Shown here: positions 1 to 9,620 of the stretch, in pieces
How positions within the stretch are numbered: the first letter of the stretch is position 1
Layout: each line of letters opens with the position of its first letter
Assembly: GCA_002414665.1 (NCBI GenBank)
Contig: DIAF01000045.1
Coordinates: 31,521-95,520 of the forward strand
Direction of reading: 5' to 3'
Source: Halieaceae bacterium UBA5085
GTDB lineage: Bacteria > Pseudomonadota > Gammaproteobacteria > Pseudomonadales > Halieaceae
DNA: 64,000 nt
The notes under the pieces: model-generated
Told to the model about the DNA's origin: nothing
The model's database searches: none
Seen by the model: only the letters and a program-made list of their open reading frames with translations
Position numbers and translations under genes: made by a program

Positions 1-540
1 TTCGCGATTCTGATCATGTTCATGATCTGGCTCTATGTCAGCTGGCTGATTCTGTTGATCGGCGCGCAGGTGGCGTTCTATCACCAGTATCCCGAGCGCA
101 TTCGGCTTTCCGATCAGCGGGTTGCGTTGAGTGGCCGTTTTCGTGAACAGCTGACCCTGCTGGTGATCTACCAGATAGCCCGGGCCTTCATTGGCAAGGC
201 GCCGCCGATGACGGTGGATGCACTGTCCGATGCGCTGCAAGCGCCCCCTGACCGCGTTGCCGAGGCAGTGGAATTGTTGGCCAGCCGTGACCTGTTGGTG
301 GAGACCAGCAGTGAGCCGCCCGAGTACCTGGTGGCACGCGACCCGTCTACCGTGACCGTTGCACAGTTGCTGCGCAGTATCCGCAGCCCTAACGATGAAC
401 AGGCACTCATGGAGCGTCGAGTGGTCTCCGCAGAGGCGGTGGATTCTCTGCTGCAGGGTATTGACGACGCGGTCAGCGCCCAGCTTGGAGAGCGCACCCT
501 GCGCGACTGTGTGTTGGCGGGGGAGCAGCCTGCGGCCTAG
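1..540 (+). CDS. YihY/BrkB-family inner-membrane protein, 3' part (5' end lies outside the window)
   Basis: Frame open to the window edge. The terminal TM helix MFMIWLYVSWLILLIGAQVAFYHQYPE is typical of the YihY family and is followed by a ~145-aa soluble tail. Confidence 0.6.
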   Translation, partial: FAILIMFMIWLYVSWLILLIGAQVAFYHQYPERIRLSDQRVALSGRFREQLTLLVIYQIARAFIGKAPPMTVDALSDALQAPPDRVAEAVELLASRDLLVETSSEPPEYLVARDPSTVTVAQLLRSIRSPNDEQALMERRVVSAEAVDSLLQGIDDAVSAQLGERTLRDCVLAGEQPAA

Positions 541-555
541 GCCGCAGGCTGCTCA

Positions 556-2241
556 TTAATCGCCGAGTACCTCCGCTGCGACGATGAAGTCGAGCAGTGG
601 GTAGTGGGCGAATACGTAGTCAGCGCCGCCCTGCTCAATGGGGCCCTGGCGACCGTGTCGCATACCGCCGCCGGCTTCGTTGCCGTATAGCGGGTACAGG
701 CGTTCCACCACCTCCATGCCCTCTGCGACTTCGCCGAACGGTGCGAAGCCCTCGGCATCCAGCCGCGTGTTGTCTCCCAGGTTAATGTACACCTGGGTCG
801 AGCGGGTGTCGGGCCCGGTCATGGCGAATGCCACGCGCCCCGGGGTGTTACTGACCTGGGCGGAGTCGTCCGGTAGCGTTTTGCCTTTCCACGCCGCCGT
901 GACCGCGGGGAAAGGGCTCAGTCCGAACTGGGCGATATAGCCGGACATCACGCGATTGATGTGTACGCCATTGTAGAAACCCTGCTGCACGAGCTGGTAA
1001 AAGCGATCGGCCCCCCGGGGTGCCCAGTCGCGATGAACGTCTATGGTGAACGCACCCTCCGTGGTGAGGAAGCGCGCCTTGAAGCGTCTCGGCGCGCGTT
1101 GGGTCCAGGCCGGGTCAGCGGTGTCCAGCAACACCTCGGGCGGTGATCCGGGAGACGCCGGCTCGGAGCCCGTGGTGGCGAGCAGCTGCGCCAGATACGG
1201 CCCCCACACGGTCGGCTGCGAATGGGTACTGTGGCCGCGCGTCATTTCGGTGATCGGTAACACGACCGCGCGAGCGCCGGGAATGCGTGCCGTTTCTCGT
1301 TCAAGAATGCCGAGCTCAGGCGGGTTGACCTGGTCGTCTGCTGAGTTGATGGCCAGCAGTGGTGCATGAATCGATTCCAGGTGTGGTGCCGGGTTGTAGA
1401 ATCGCGAGGCGTCGAAGGCGTAGATGAGGTCATTAGCGTCGAGACGTGAGCGGTAGCGTTCCACCAGTGACTCCATCATGGCCTCTGCGGATTCGCGGGT
1501 CGGTGCCTGTAGCTGGTATTGCAAAGGGCTGGAGACCATGAAAAGCAGACCGTACATCGCCTCCTTCAGGCCGGGGGGCTGCTCCGTGTAGTCACCGCCG
1601 TTCCATGCGGGGTCGTCGACCACGGCATCAATGATCATTTTGCGTGTCATGCGGTTGCGGCCGGCGATCTCCACCGGCAGGCTGGCCAGCGGCATCAGGG
1701 CATCCATAAAATCAGGATAGGTATAGCCCCACACCCAACTCATCATGCCGCCCATTGAGGTGCCGGTCACCAGCCGCAGGTGATCTACATGCAGATGTTC
1801 GGTCAGCAGCCTGTACTGTGCCCGCACCATGTCGTCGTAGGTGTATTTGGGGAAGCCAGCCCGGAGCCCATCGCTCGGCTTGCTGGAGCGCCCGTGGCCG
1901 ATTGCATCGGGTAGAATGAGGTAGTAGTGATCTGCGTCCAGCAGCTGTCCTTTACCGAACAGCACGCCGGCAAAGTTGTCGCGCAGAAAGCCGTCACCGC
2001 TGCCCGTCGTGCCGTGCATGATCAGCACCGCGTTTTCAACGCGTCCGTCGACGCCGCGTCGGGGCGTGCCGAGGGTGTAGTAGTGCTGGCGCAGATCGAG
2101 TACCGAGCCGTCATCAAAGGTGAAACCCTCCAGCACGCTGCTGCCGGAGGTGGGCGCAAGCCCGCTGCTGTCGGACGCCTGGGCTGCAGCCGCGAGACAG
2201 GTAATTACGGCAAACACAGCCGTGGCAAACAAGCGATTCAT
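556..2241 (-). CDS. Secreted alpha/beta-hydrolase (MetX-like fold) fused to a C-terminal cyclophilin-type peptidyl-prolyl isomerase domain
   Basis: Start taken at ATG 2241 (MNRLFATAVFAVITCLAAAAQA signal peptide, GGAGAG 8 nt upstream). GTSMGG nucleophile elbow. PS-rich linker, then cyclophilin-like RFYQLVQQGFYNGVHINRVMSGYIAQFGL to the C-terminus. Confidence 0.75.
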   Translation of the reverse strand: MNRLFATAVFAVITCLAAAAQASDSSGLAPTSGSSVLEGFTFDDGSVLDLRQHYYTLGTPRRGVDGRVENAVLIMHGTTGSGDGFLRDNFAGVLFGKGQLLDADHYYLILPDAIGHGRSSKPSDGLRAGFPKYTYDDMVRAQYRLLTEHLHVDHLRLVTGTSMGGMMSWVWGYTYPDFMDALMPLASLPVEIAGRNRMTRKMIIDAVVDDPAWNGGDYTEQPPGLKEAMYGLLFMVSSPLQYQLQAPTRESAEAMMESLVERYRSRLDANDLIYAFDASRFYNPAPHLESIHAPLLAINSADDQVNPPELGILERETARIPGARAVVLPITEMTRGHSTHSQPTVWGPYLAQLLATTGSEPASPGSPPEVLLDTADPAWTQRAPRRFKARFLTTEGAFTIDVHRDWAPRGADRFYQLVQQGFYNGVHINRVMSGYIAQFGLSPFPAVTAAWKGKTLPDDSAQVSNTPGRVAFAMTGPDTRSTQVYINLGDNTRLDAEGFAPFGEVAEGMEVVERLYPLYGNEAGGGMRHGRQGPIEQGGADYVFAHYPLLDFIVAAEVLGD

Positions 2242-2387
2242 CGGTGTTCTCTCCAGCATGTGGTCAGCGTTACTCATTGTTTTGCGCAACACGCTCTTTA
2301 ATCCTCACGAAGCAAAGTTGGTGCTTCTCCACTATGCTTATACATCTCGCTTGCCATGAATCTCAACAGAAAACGCGAGGTGCAGCA

Positions 2388-4517
2388 ATGAACCCGTCCA
2401 GACTCGCAGTACCCGGTGCCGCTCTTGCCGCGACTTTGTCCCTCGCTGTCTTGTCCGCGAGCGCGTCCCCGCCCAAAGATGCCATTCTGGTTCTCGATGC
2501 CTCTGGCTCCATGTGGGGGCAGATCGATGGGGTCAATAAAATAGTGATCGCCAAGGATGTGGTCGAGGGCCTCGTCCTCGGATTGCCGCCGGAGCAGCGA
2601 CTGGGTCTGGTCGCCTATGGCCATCGCCGTGAGGGTGACTGCAGCGACATCCAGACGCTAGCGAACGTTGGTGCTGACCGGGCCGATCTGGTCGACGCTT
2701 TGCGGGCGCTTACACCCCACGGAAAAACGCCCCTGGCGAAGTCAGTGGAACACGCCGCGCTGACGCTGGATTACCGCAAGCAGGCGGCCTCCGTCATCCT
2801 GGTGTCTGATGGCCTGGAAACCTGCGATGCCGACCCCTGCGCGCTGGCCCGGATGCTGGAGCAGAACGGTCTCGATTTTACCGTGCATGTCGTGGGCTTT
2901 GACGTCACCGTTGAGGAACGCGCGGGTCTGCAGTGCATGGCGGATGAAACCGGCGGAACCTTTGTGGCTGCAGCCAATGCCAGTGAGCTTGCCTCGGCGC
3001 TGCGTACGCTGGCGGACGCCGGGCATACGAGTGGGGATGTTGAGGGCGACGCGGTACCGTCGACCCTGGCGATGAAAGCCACCGTACTGCCCGGTGGCCC
3101 TCTGATTCAGTCGCAGCTTGAGTGGACGGTGACAGCCGTTGCGGGCGGGGAGCCTGTGTTCTCCGCCACCGACGGCGGCAGCGTAATGACCGAGGTCCTG
3201 CCTGGCGAGTATGTCGCAGAGGCGCGTTGGCGGGGTTGGCAGGATGGCAGTGAGGTGAAAACCGGGCGCTTGCAATTCACGGTTGAGGCGCAGCAGCCGA
3301 GGGTGATCACGGTACCCGTGGACCTGGGCTTCAACGTTAGCCTGCAGACCCCGCCGGAAACCCGTGAGGGTGTCCCGTTCGATGTCACCTGGTCGGGCCC
3401 TGATGAGTTGGGTGCGTATCTCCACGTCGCCAGCCCCGAAGACGGTCCACGAGAGCCAATCTATTTCTTTGCCGCAATGCCCACGCGCACGAAGGCTGGC
3501 GTGTCCGACGCCAGCCAGCCATTCACGGCCTCGCTTGCCGCCCCGTCCACAGAGGGCGTTTATGAAGTGCGCTACGTGCTTGATCAGCCGCGCCTTATCC
3601 TCGCCCGCAACGCGTTGCGCGTGACTGATGGCGGCTTTGCGGTGTCGGCACCGGCTGAAGTCCCGGTCAGTTCGGTGTTCACGGTCGCGTGGGCCGGGGA
3701 CGCTACCCCCGGTGACTTTGTCACCATCGTCGAGGCGGGCAGCGCAGCGGCGTTCGCGCGGGGATATACCAGCCCGCTGCGGGAGGGCGGCAGCGCAGAG
3801 CTCACTGCGCCGCCGCAGCCGGGGGAATATGAGGTCCGCTATGTGCTGGCAAATGGCTACACCCTGTACCCCGGCATGCAGCACGCGGTGCAGGCAACGA
3901 CACCTGTCAGTGTAGTGCCGGTCGTGGCGGGCATTGCGGGGCCTGCGACCGCAGTCGGCGGATCCAGTGTCCCGGTGTCGGTCACGCTCCCGCCAGACTG
4001 GGAAGACGACTACATCTCCATTGCAGCGCCGGGCGCGACCCGGGCTAACCCCGATGCCAGAGTCACGCTGGGTCGTGCGGGTGCCGGGGATGGGAAGCTG
4101 CAACTGCAAGCGCCCAACATCGCGGGAGACTACGAGTTGGTCTACTTCCTCAGCCCTGGGAATGCCGTGCTCGCCAGACAGCCCATCACCATTACACGCG
4201 CCGATGCAGCAGTGCGGGCGCCAGAGCAGGTGGTGATGGGTGACAGTTTCGACATCGCCTGGTCTGGCCCCGGGTACCGTGGTGACCGCGTGGTGATAGC
4301 CCCGGTGGATGTGCCTGATGAAAAGATGTGGGGTTGGGGTGCCCGGTATGGGTTTATCGTGCCGACGGGCGAAACCGAGGGAACCGGCACCGTCAGGCAG
4401 TATCCGTTCACGGCACCCGGCGTCTACACCGCGCGCTATGTGACGGGTTTACAGCATCAGGTTTTGGCGACGGATACCTTTACGGTAGTGGCTGCGGAGG
4501 GTGCCCCCTCGCCCTGA
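2388..4517 (+). CDS. Secreted von Willebrand factor A domain protein with five C-terminal repeat modules
   Basis: Start at ATG 2388 with a signal peptide. MIDAS motif LVLDASGSMWG. Five modules each carry a G-x-Y-E/T-x-R-Y-V strand (GEYVAEARW, GVYEVRYVL, GEYEVRYVL, GDYELVYFL, GVYTARYV). Confidence 0.8.
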   Translation: MNPSRLAVPGAALAATLSLAVLSASASPPKDAILVLDASGSMWGQIDGVNKIVIAKDVVEGLVLGLPPEQRLGLVAYGHRREGDCSDIQTLANVGADRADLVDALRALTPHGKTPLAKSVEHAALTLDYRKQAASVILVSDGLETCDADPCALARMLEQNGLDFTVHVVGFDVTVEERAGLQCMADETGGTFVAAANASELASALRTLADAGHTSGDVEGDAVPSTLAMKATVLPGGPLIQSQLEWTVTAVAGGEPVFSATDGGSVMTEVLPGEYVAEARWRGWQDGSEVKTGRLQFTVEAQQPRVITVPVDLGFNVSLQTPPETREGVPFDVTWSGPDELGAYLHVASPEDGPREPIYFFAAMPTRTKAGVSDASQPFTASLAAPSTEGVYEVRYVLDQPRLILARNALRVTDGGFAVSAPAEVPVSSVFTVAWAGDATPGDFVTIVEAGSAAAFARGYTSPLREGGSAELTAPPQPGEYEVRYVLANGYTLYPGMQHAVQATTPVSVVPVVAGIAGPATAVGGSSVPVSVTLPPDWEDDYISIAAPGATRANPDARVTLGRAGAGDGKLQLQAPNIAGDYELVYFLSPGNAVLARQPITITRADAAVRAPEQVVMGDSFDIAWSGPGYRGDRVVIAPVDVPDEKMWGWGARYGFIVPTGETEGTGTVRQYPFTAPGVYTARYVTGLQHQVLATDTFTVVAAEGAPSP

Positions 4518-4842
4518 CAGTCTGACGGGCGATACCGTGCGTTGCGCGTGGCCGCTGCCTCCTTCGATCTCCACACCGGCTTCGATCAGCGGGTCTATCG
4601 CCAGCGCCTGGCTTCCACCAGCGCCAGTAACAGTGCGCCGAACCAAACGCCTGGTTTGTTTGTCATGGCATGAGATCTCCGGGCAAGGCCGTCAGCAGGG
4701 TGGGAGGTGCACCAGATTACAAGCGAGGGTTCAGGCGAAGCAAGTGCAATGCACACAGGCGGATGTGTAGTACTTCAGGGCTCCGCAGCGGCGGTTGACT
4801 GACACATTTGATCAGCTAAACTGATAATAAGTGTAACTGAAT

Positions 4843-5307
4843 ATGGGGGCCCGTGTGGCGGTCAGGTACGAAAAGCATGAACTGGGAATGGCGTTGCTGT
4901 TGGCACTGGAAGATTTCCAGCGTCGCCTTGACGCTGAGCTTGCGCAAAACGGGTTTCCCGGTATTCGACGCCGTCACCGCATGGTGTTCAGGCACATTGC
5001 GACTCACGGTCCCAGCCGCAGTGTTGACCTGGCCGGGGCGGTGGGTATCCGTTCCCAGTCGATGATGAAAATTGTGCACGAACTGGAGGAATTGGGGTGG
5101 GTCAAGCGCAGGGTCGATCCTGCTGATTCCCGTGCCAAGTTGATCGCTTTCAGCCCGCAGGGTGAGCAGCTGCTGGCGCAGCTGGATGCCTCCACCCAGG
5201 TTGTGTGGGAGCAATATGCGCAACAGCTTGGCGTGGAAACTCTGGTTACCCTGCTTGCGTCTTTGCGTTTGATGGTCAGTCCTCCACACCGGAAAGGGAA
5301 ACAGTAA
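4843..5307 (+). CDS. MarR-family transcriptional regulator
   Basis: 154-aa winged-helix pattern (SRSVDLAGAVGIRSQSMMKIVHELEELGWVKRRVDPADSRAKL). Its stop abuts the next gene's ATG. Confidence 0.8.
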   Translation: MGARVAVRYEKHELGMALLLALEDFQRRLDAELAQNGFPGIRRRHRMVFRHIATHGPSRSVDLAGAVGIRSQSMMKIVHELEELGWVKRRVDPADSRAKLIAFSPQGEQLLAQLDASTQVVWEQYAQQLGVETLVTLLASLRLMVSPPHRKGKQ

Positions 5308-6084
5308 ATGAACACGGTCCTGCTTGAGAAGCACGAGGGCTATGCCATTGTCACACTGAACCGACCCGATGAGATGAACGCCTTGTCGCGGCAGCTCAGG
5401 GCGGACTTTGTGTCAGCCTTTGCAGAGTGCGTGCGCGACATGGCAGTGCGGGTCGTCATACTGACAGGCAATGGCCGCGCCTTCTGTGCAGGCTTCGACC
5501 TGAAGGAGCTGAGTGCCGGTGATGCCAATGCCGCGGAAGAGGCTGACAACACGATTGCCCGAGCGATGGAAGCGTTCACTGGCCCGATTATCGGAGCGAT
5601 AAATGGTCATGCGATCACGGGCGGATTTGAGATGGCACTTGCCTGCGACGTGCTGATCGCCTCGGAAAATGCACGTTTTGCCGATACACACGCCCGGGTG
5701 GGTATCTTGCCGGGCTGGGGCCTGAGTCAAAGGTTGCCGCGGTTGATCGGGTTGTCCAGAGCCAAGGAGATTTGTTTTACCGGTGCGCCCGTTTTTGCCC
5801 AGCAGGCCTATGAGTGGGGGTTGGTCAATCACGTCGTTCCCGCCGATCAACTGTTGCCCAGAGCGAGGAAAATGGCTGAGGACATGTGTGCCTGCGTCCC
5901 GGATATTCTCGCCCGCTACAAGCCGCTGATTGATCAGGGGTTCAACAAACCCCTGGACGAGGCGCTGCGGTGGGAAGAACGCATTGCCATCGAATCGGCC
6001 AGGCAGGCGAAAGGACATATCATTGCCCAGCGGCGTGACGGCGTGCTGGCGCGGGGACGCAGCGAGCGTGACAGGGCAGGATAG
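5308..6084 (+). CDS. Enoyl-CoA hydratase/isomerase (crotonase) family protein
   Basis: Crotonase motifs: VVILTGNGRAFCAGFDLKE and GHAITGGFEMALACDVLIAS. Confidence 0.85.
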   Translation: MNTVLLEKHEGYAIVTLNRPDEMNALSRQLRADFVSAFAECVRDMAVRVVILTGNGRAFCAGFDLKELSAGDANAAEEADNTIARAMEAFTGPIIGAINGHAITGGFEMALACDVLIASENARFADTHARVGILPGWGLSQRLPRLIGLSRAKEICFTGAPVFAQQAYEWGLVNHVVPADQLLPRARKMAEDMCACVPDILARYKPLIDQGFNKPLDEALRWEERIAIESARQAKGHIIAQRRDGVLARGRSERDRAG

Positions 6085-6163
6085 GTAAGGCGACCGGTGA
6101 CACGCTGTCCGAAATTGTTGAAACCGCGGCACGCAGGTGCCCTGCAGAAAGGAAAGACCGAAC

Positions 6164-6991
6164 ATGAAAAAGGTTGCTTTTATCACCGGCGCCAGCCGCG
6201 GCATGGGCGCTGCCACGGCGATCGAGTTTGCCCGCCGGGGCTACAATCTGGTGCTGACGGCTCGCACCATGAAAGAGGGCGAGCAACATGAATACGGCAG
6301 TTGGAAGCCGACGACCACATCCCTGCCGGGCTCACTGGAGGCGACCGGCGAAGCGGCGCGTGCATATGGTGCAGAGATCCTGCTGCTGCGCTCCGATATA
6401 CTGGATCTGGCGTCGGTCCAGGCCGCGGCTGATCGCGCCCTCGAACACTTCTCCAGGGTCGATGTCCTGTTCAACAACGCCTGTTATCAGGGGCCTGGCA
6501 ATATGCAGCGCGTTCTGGAAGTCGAGATTGAGCAGGCGCGCAAGGTGTATCAGGGGAATGTTCTTGCGCCTCTGGTGCTGGTGAAAGCCCTGCTCCCCGG
6601 TATGCTTGAGCGCGCCAGTGGCGCGGTGATCAATATGGTCTCGGGCTCTGCGCTTAGCGACCCGCCGGCACCGGCAGACGAGGGCGGTTGGGGCTTTGTA
6701 TACCCCTCCTCGAAGGCCGCGCTGATACGCATGATGCCAGCGTTGCGGGTTGAACACCGGGATAGTGGCGTTCGATTTTTCTCTGTGGAGCCCGGTTTCG
6801 TGCTCACTGAGGTGATGAAAGCCAACGGCTTTGACGACAAGATCGCCCAGCGTTTCAGGCCGACCGCACCAGATGCGGTGGCCGAGATCGTGTACTGGTT
6901 GGCAGAGGATCCGGCGGCACTGGATCATCAGCAGCGTGCCGTGATCTTTGCCCCGCAGCTGCACAAAAAACTGTTCGGAGAGGCAGGTTGA
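6164..6991 (+). CDS. SDR-family oxidoreductase
   Basis: MKKVAFITGASRGMG Rossmann start (ATG 6164 after GAAAGGAAAG). YPSSK catalytic motif. Confidence 0.8.
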   Translation: MKKVAFITGASRGMGAATAIEFARRGYNLVLTARTMKEGEQHEYGSWKPTTTSLPGSLEATGEAARAYGAEILLLRSDILDLASVQAAADRALEHFSRVDVLFNNACYQGPGNMQRVLEVEIEQARKVYQGNVLAPLVLVKALLPGMLERASGAVINMVSGSALSDPPAPADEGGWGFVYPSSKAALIRMMPALRVEHRDSGVRFFSVEPGFVLTEVMKANGFDDKIAQRFRPTAPDAVAEIVYWLAEDPAALDHQQRAVIFAPQLHKKLFGEAG

Positions 6992-7758
6992 TGTTGCTGT
7001 GCGATAAAGTGGGGCTGATTACCGGTGCGGGTAGCGGTATTGGCCGCGCGACTGCACTGACCTTCGCCCGGGATGGTGCGAAAGTCGTTGTGGTCGATTA
7101 CCACCTTGAGTGGGCAGAGGAGACTGCCGGGCTTATCAGGCAAGCGGGCGGCGAGTCGCTCGTCATCCGCGCCAATGTTGCCAGTGAAACGGACGTACAG
7201 GACATGATGTCCAGGGCCGTTGCGCATTTTGGCCGGGTAGACTGCGTGAGTAACAACGCGGCCTTCGGAGGCGGTTTTGCGCCGCTCCCCGATGTGGAGG
7301 AGAAAAACTGGCAACGCTGTCTGGATGTTACCCTCAAGGGCATCTGGCTCTGCATGAAATACCAGATCCCCCAGATGCTGAAACAGGGTGGTGGATCGAT
7401 CGTCAACATCGCGTCACTCTCCGGTGTACGCGGTGAGGCCAACCAGGCACCCTACAGCGCGGCCAAAGGGGGTGTGATTGCACTGACCCGAACCGCCGCT
7501 GCGGAAAATGCGCAAAGAAAGATCCGCGTCAACGCCATCAACCCCGGCGGTATTCGCACACCGGCGATACTCGACTATTTCGCGAGGGTGCCGGGGGCCG
7601 AGGAGAGGACGGCGGCAGTGCACGCCATGCGGCGTCTCGGCGAGCCGGAGGAGGTGGCCGATGCGGTTGCCTATCTCTGTTCCGATCGCGCCTCCTTCAT
7701 TACTGGCGCAGTGCTGGATGTGGACGGTGGCATCATGGTGAACCCACACACGCTTTAG
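6991..7758 (+). CDS. SDR-family oxidoreductase (FabG-like)
   Basis: GLITGAGSGIGRA, NNAA and YSAAKGG motifs. ATG 6991 overlaps the upstream stop by 1 nt. Confidence 0.85.
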   Translation: MLLCDKVGLITGAGSGIGRATALTFARDGAKVVVVDYHLEWAEETAGLIRQAGGESLVIRANVASETDVQDMMSRAVAHFGRVDCVSNNAAFGGGFAPLPDVEEKNWQRCLDVTLKGIWLCMKYQIPQMLKQGGGSIVNIASLSGVRGEANQAPYSAAKGGVIALTRTAAAENAQRKIRVNAINPGGIRTPAILDYFARVPGAEERTAAVHAMRRLGEPEEVADAVAYLCSDRASFITGAVLDVDGGIMVNPHTL

Positions 7759-7803
7759 GCGTAATGCTGGCGACGCAGGGCGGTCAATGGGCCATTGGGG
7801 AGA

Positions 7804-7817
7804 TGGTGCCGGAGATA
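7804..7817 (+). repeat. Distal att core: direct repeat of the tRNA-Thr 3' end (TGGTGCCGGAGATA)
   Basis: Exact 14-nt match to 25996-26009. Confidence 0.7.
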
Positions 7818-7933
7818 TGAATTTCCGCCAGTCTCAGTATGTCTCAATCTGTCGTAAAAACGCTATAAATGAAGAGGTTTCCTAAATTTCGTTGTTTCTC
7901 CCCGTTTCATGTTGTAGCATCCAATTGATTCTC

Positions 7934-7946
7934 CTATATAGGGATA
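7934..7946 (+). repeat. 13-bp motif CTATATAGGGATA, copy 1 (candidate integrase arm-type site)
   Basis: Identical 13-mer in the same orientation at 25942-25954. Lies between the att core and the integrase start. Confidence 0.4.
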
Positions 7947-8006
7947 GAAATGGGGACCTGAAAGTTCGGTTCCCAAAAATGCGGTATCACCTTTGGGGTA
8001 TTGACG

Positions 8007-9296
8007 ATGCCGAGACTCGCGCGGGAGCTCACCGATGCCGAAGTCCGCCGCCTGAAATGGGCCAGGGTCCAATCGGGTAGCAACAAGGGGGCGGCCTGTA
8101 CCAAACTGCACGCGGTCGGTGGCGTTGGAGGGCTCTACTTGCACTGTGCTCCACCCGTGTCCGCTAACACCACGTTTGCCCGCTCCTGGATACTGAAAAC
8201 ACCTATCGGTAAAGACATACCTGAGCTGGGATTAGGTCCCTATCCTGAAGTAACGCTTTCCGTGGCACGTCAGAAGGCCCGGGAACTCAAAGAACAGATC
8301 AGGCAAGGCATTGATCCACGTGTGACTCGAAAGGCGCTCGCCTCGGCTCTGGTCGCCGAACAGGCCAAGGCAGTCACGTTCCGCACCCTTGCTGATAGGT
8401 TCATCGTTAAGAAAGGTAAGGAGTTCAAGACCGCAAAGCAAGTCCAGAAATTAACTTCACACCTCGAAACCTATGCCTATCCGATATTGGGTAATGTGCT
8501 GGTGTCCGATATCGGGCGGGCGCACATCATGAAAATGCTGACCCCCATCTGGGAGACCAAAACTGAGACCGCAACCAGGGTTAGAGCCACAGTCGAGCGC
8601 ATCCTTGATATGGCTGGGGCAGAGGGGCTCCGCACTGGCGACAACCCGGCGCGTTGGCGTGGCAACCTCGACTTGTCCCTGCCTTTGCCGGACAAGGTGA
8701 GAAAGGTAAGGCATTTGGCCGCCATGCCCGTCGATGAGATCCCGCCATTCATGCACGTCTTGGCCACCAAGGACAGCACCGGTGCAATGGCACTGCGGTT
8801 CGCTATCCTGACTGCTGCCCGGTCCGGCGAGATACGCGGCGCCATGTGGAGCGAAATCGATTTCAAAGCCAAAGTCTGGACGATTCCGGGTGAGCGCATG
8901 AAAGGCGGTCGCGACCATAAGGTACCTTTGTGCCACGAGGCGGTAGATCTGCTGAAATCACTGCCCCGCGACCATGACTCCGAGGTGATATTTGTGAGCC
9001 CGACCGGCAAGATGTTATCTAATATGACCCTAACAAAGGTGTTAAAGGATATGGGGCATCAGGTCACGCAGCACGGCTTTAGGGCCACGTTCCGCACATG
9101 GGCACAGGAACACACTAGCTACCCAGAAGAAGTCTGCGAGCTCGCCTTGGCGCACGTCAACAGCGATGCCACCCGCGCCGCCTATGCCCGGTCCGAATTG
9201 ATCGAAAAGCGCCGCAAGCTGATGGCCGATTGGGAGCGATTTTGCCGCGAAGGACTGCCATCCAAGGGTAAGGAGAATAAGATCCGGGCGCGCTAG
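8007..9296 (+). CDS. int: Tyrosine-type site-specific integrase (P4-like, with N-terminal arm-binding domain)
   Basis: The C-terminal catalytic region contains HGFRATFRTWAQE...LALAHVNSDATRAAYARSEL. The N-terminus resembles the DUF4102-type arm-binding domain. ATG 8007 (TTG 8001 is also possible). Confidence 0.9.
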   Translation: MPRLARELTDAEVRRLKWARVQSGSNKGAACTKLHAVGGVGGLYLHCAPPVSANTTFARSWILKTPIGKDIPELGLGPYPEVTLSVARQKARELKEQIRQGIDPRVTRKALASALVAEQAKAVTFRTLADRFIVKKGKEFKTAKQVQKLTSHLETYAYPILGNVLVSDIGRAHIMKMLTPIWETKTETATRVRATVERILDMAGAEGLRTGDNPARWRGNLDLSLPLPDKVRKVRHLAAMPVDEIPPFMHVLATKDSTGAMALRFAILTAARSGEIRGAMWSEIDFKAKVWTIPGERMKGGRDHKVPLCHEAVDLLKSLPRDHDSEVIFVSPTGKMLSNMTLTKVLKDMGHQVTQHGFRATFRTWAQEHTSYPEEVCELALAHVNSDATRAAYARSELIEKRRKLMADWERFCREGLPSKGKENKIRAR

Positions 9297-9459
9297 TGAT
9301 ACCATTTAGAGGGTCGCAGGTGCCCGGTGAAACGCTTCGGCTGGTATTACTCGTCCTGCGCCGTGCTCAAGCGGAATGGCAGTTCTAACAGCGGGTTAGA
9401 ACCCTACGGTCCAATCAGCGCTAACAGCCGAATCGGCTGGTGGTCCTTGAAGCACTGAA

Positions 9460-9620
9460 TTACCGAGCGAGAGCCGTTGCGGCGTCGGCAAGATGATCCA
9501 CAAGATGGCTGATAAACATGCGCACTTTGGCTGAGAGATGCCGGTTGTGTGGATACACCGACCAAACCCCCGAGTCCGTTGGGTTGAAGGCCTCCAGTAG
9601 TTCCCTCCGGGTACAGCGGC
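9460..9620 (-). pseudogene. LysR-family regulator, C-terminal fragment only
   Basis: My minus-strand translation gives ...RRELLEAFNPTDSGVWSVYPHNRHLSAKVRMFISHLVDHLADAATALAR*, the typical LysR C-terminal tail. No HTH or N-terminal part is present. Confidence 0.45.

Noticed and set aside
4595-4666. A 23-codon minus-strand ORF (MTNKPGVWFGALLLALVEARRWR) with a GGAG upstream, in the 325-bp gap between the vWA and MarR genes.
   Set aside because: A hydrophobic mini-ORF of this size arises easily by chance in GC-rich DNA. I cannot judge conservation or expression from the sequence alone.
4812-4839. Shared short motifs TCAGCTAAA and GTAACTG upstream of both MarR genes (4812-4820 and 4833-4839, versus 24627-24635 and 24638-24644).
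   Set aside because: The spacing differs (12 nt versus 2 nt), the two MarR proteins are not close paralogs, and both regions are AT-rich promoter DNA where 7-9-mers recur by chance. It may be worth a motif scan, but it is not supportable as an operator.
9297-9460. A small hairpin TTCTAAC-AGCGG-GTTAGAA downstream of the integrase, considered as a terminator or a second att remnant.
   Set aside because: The stem is only 7 bp with no U-tract, and there is no similarity to the tRNA 3' end.
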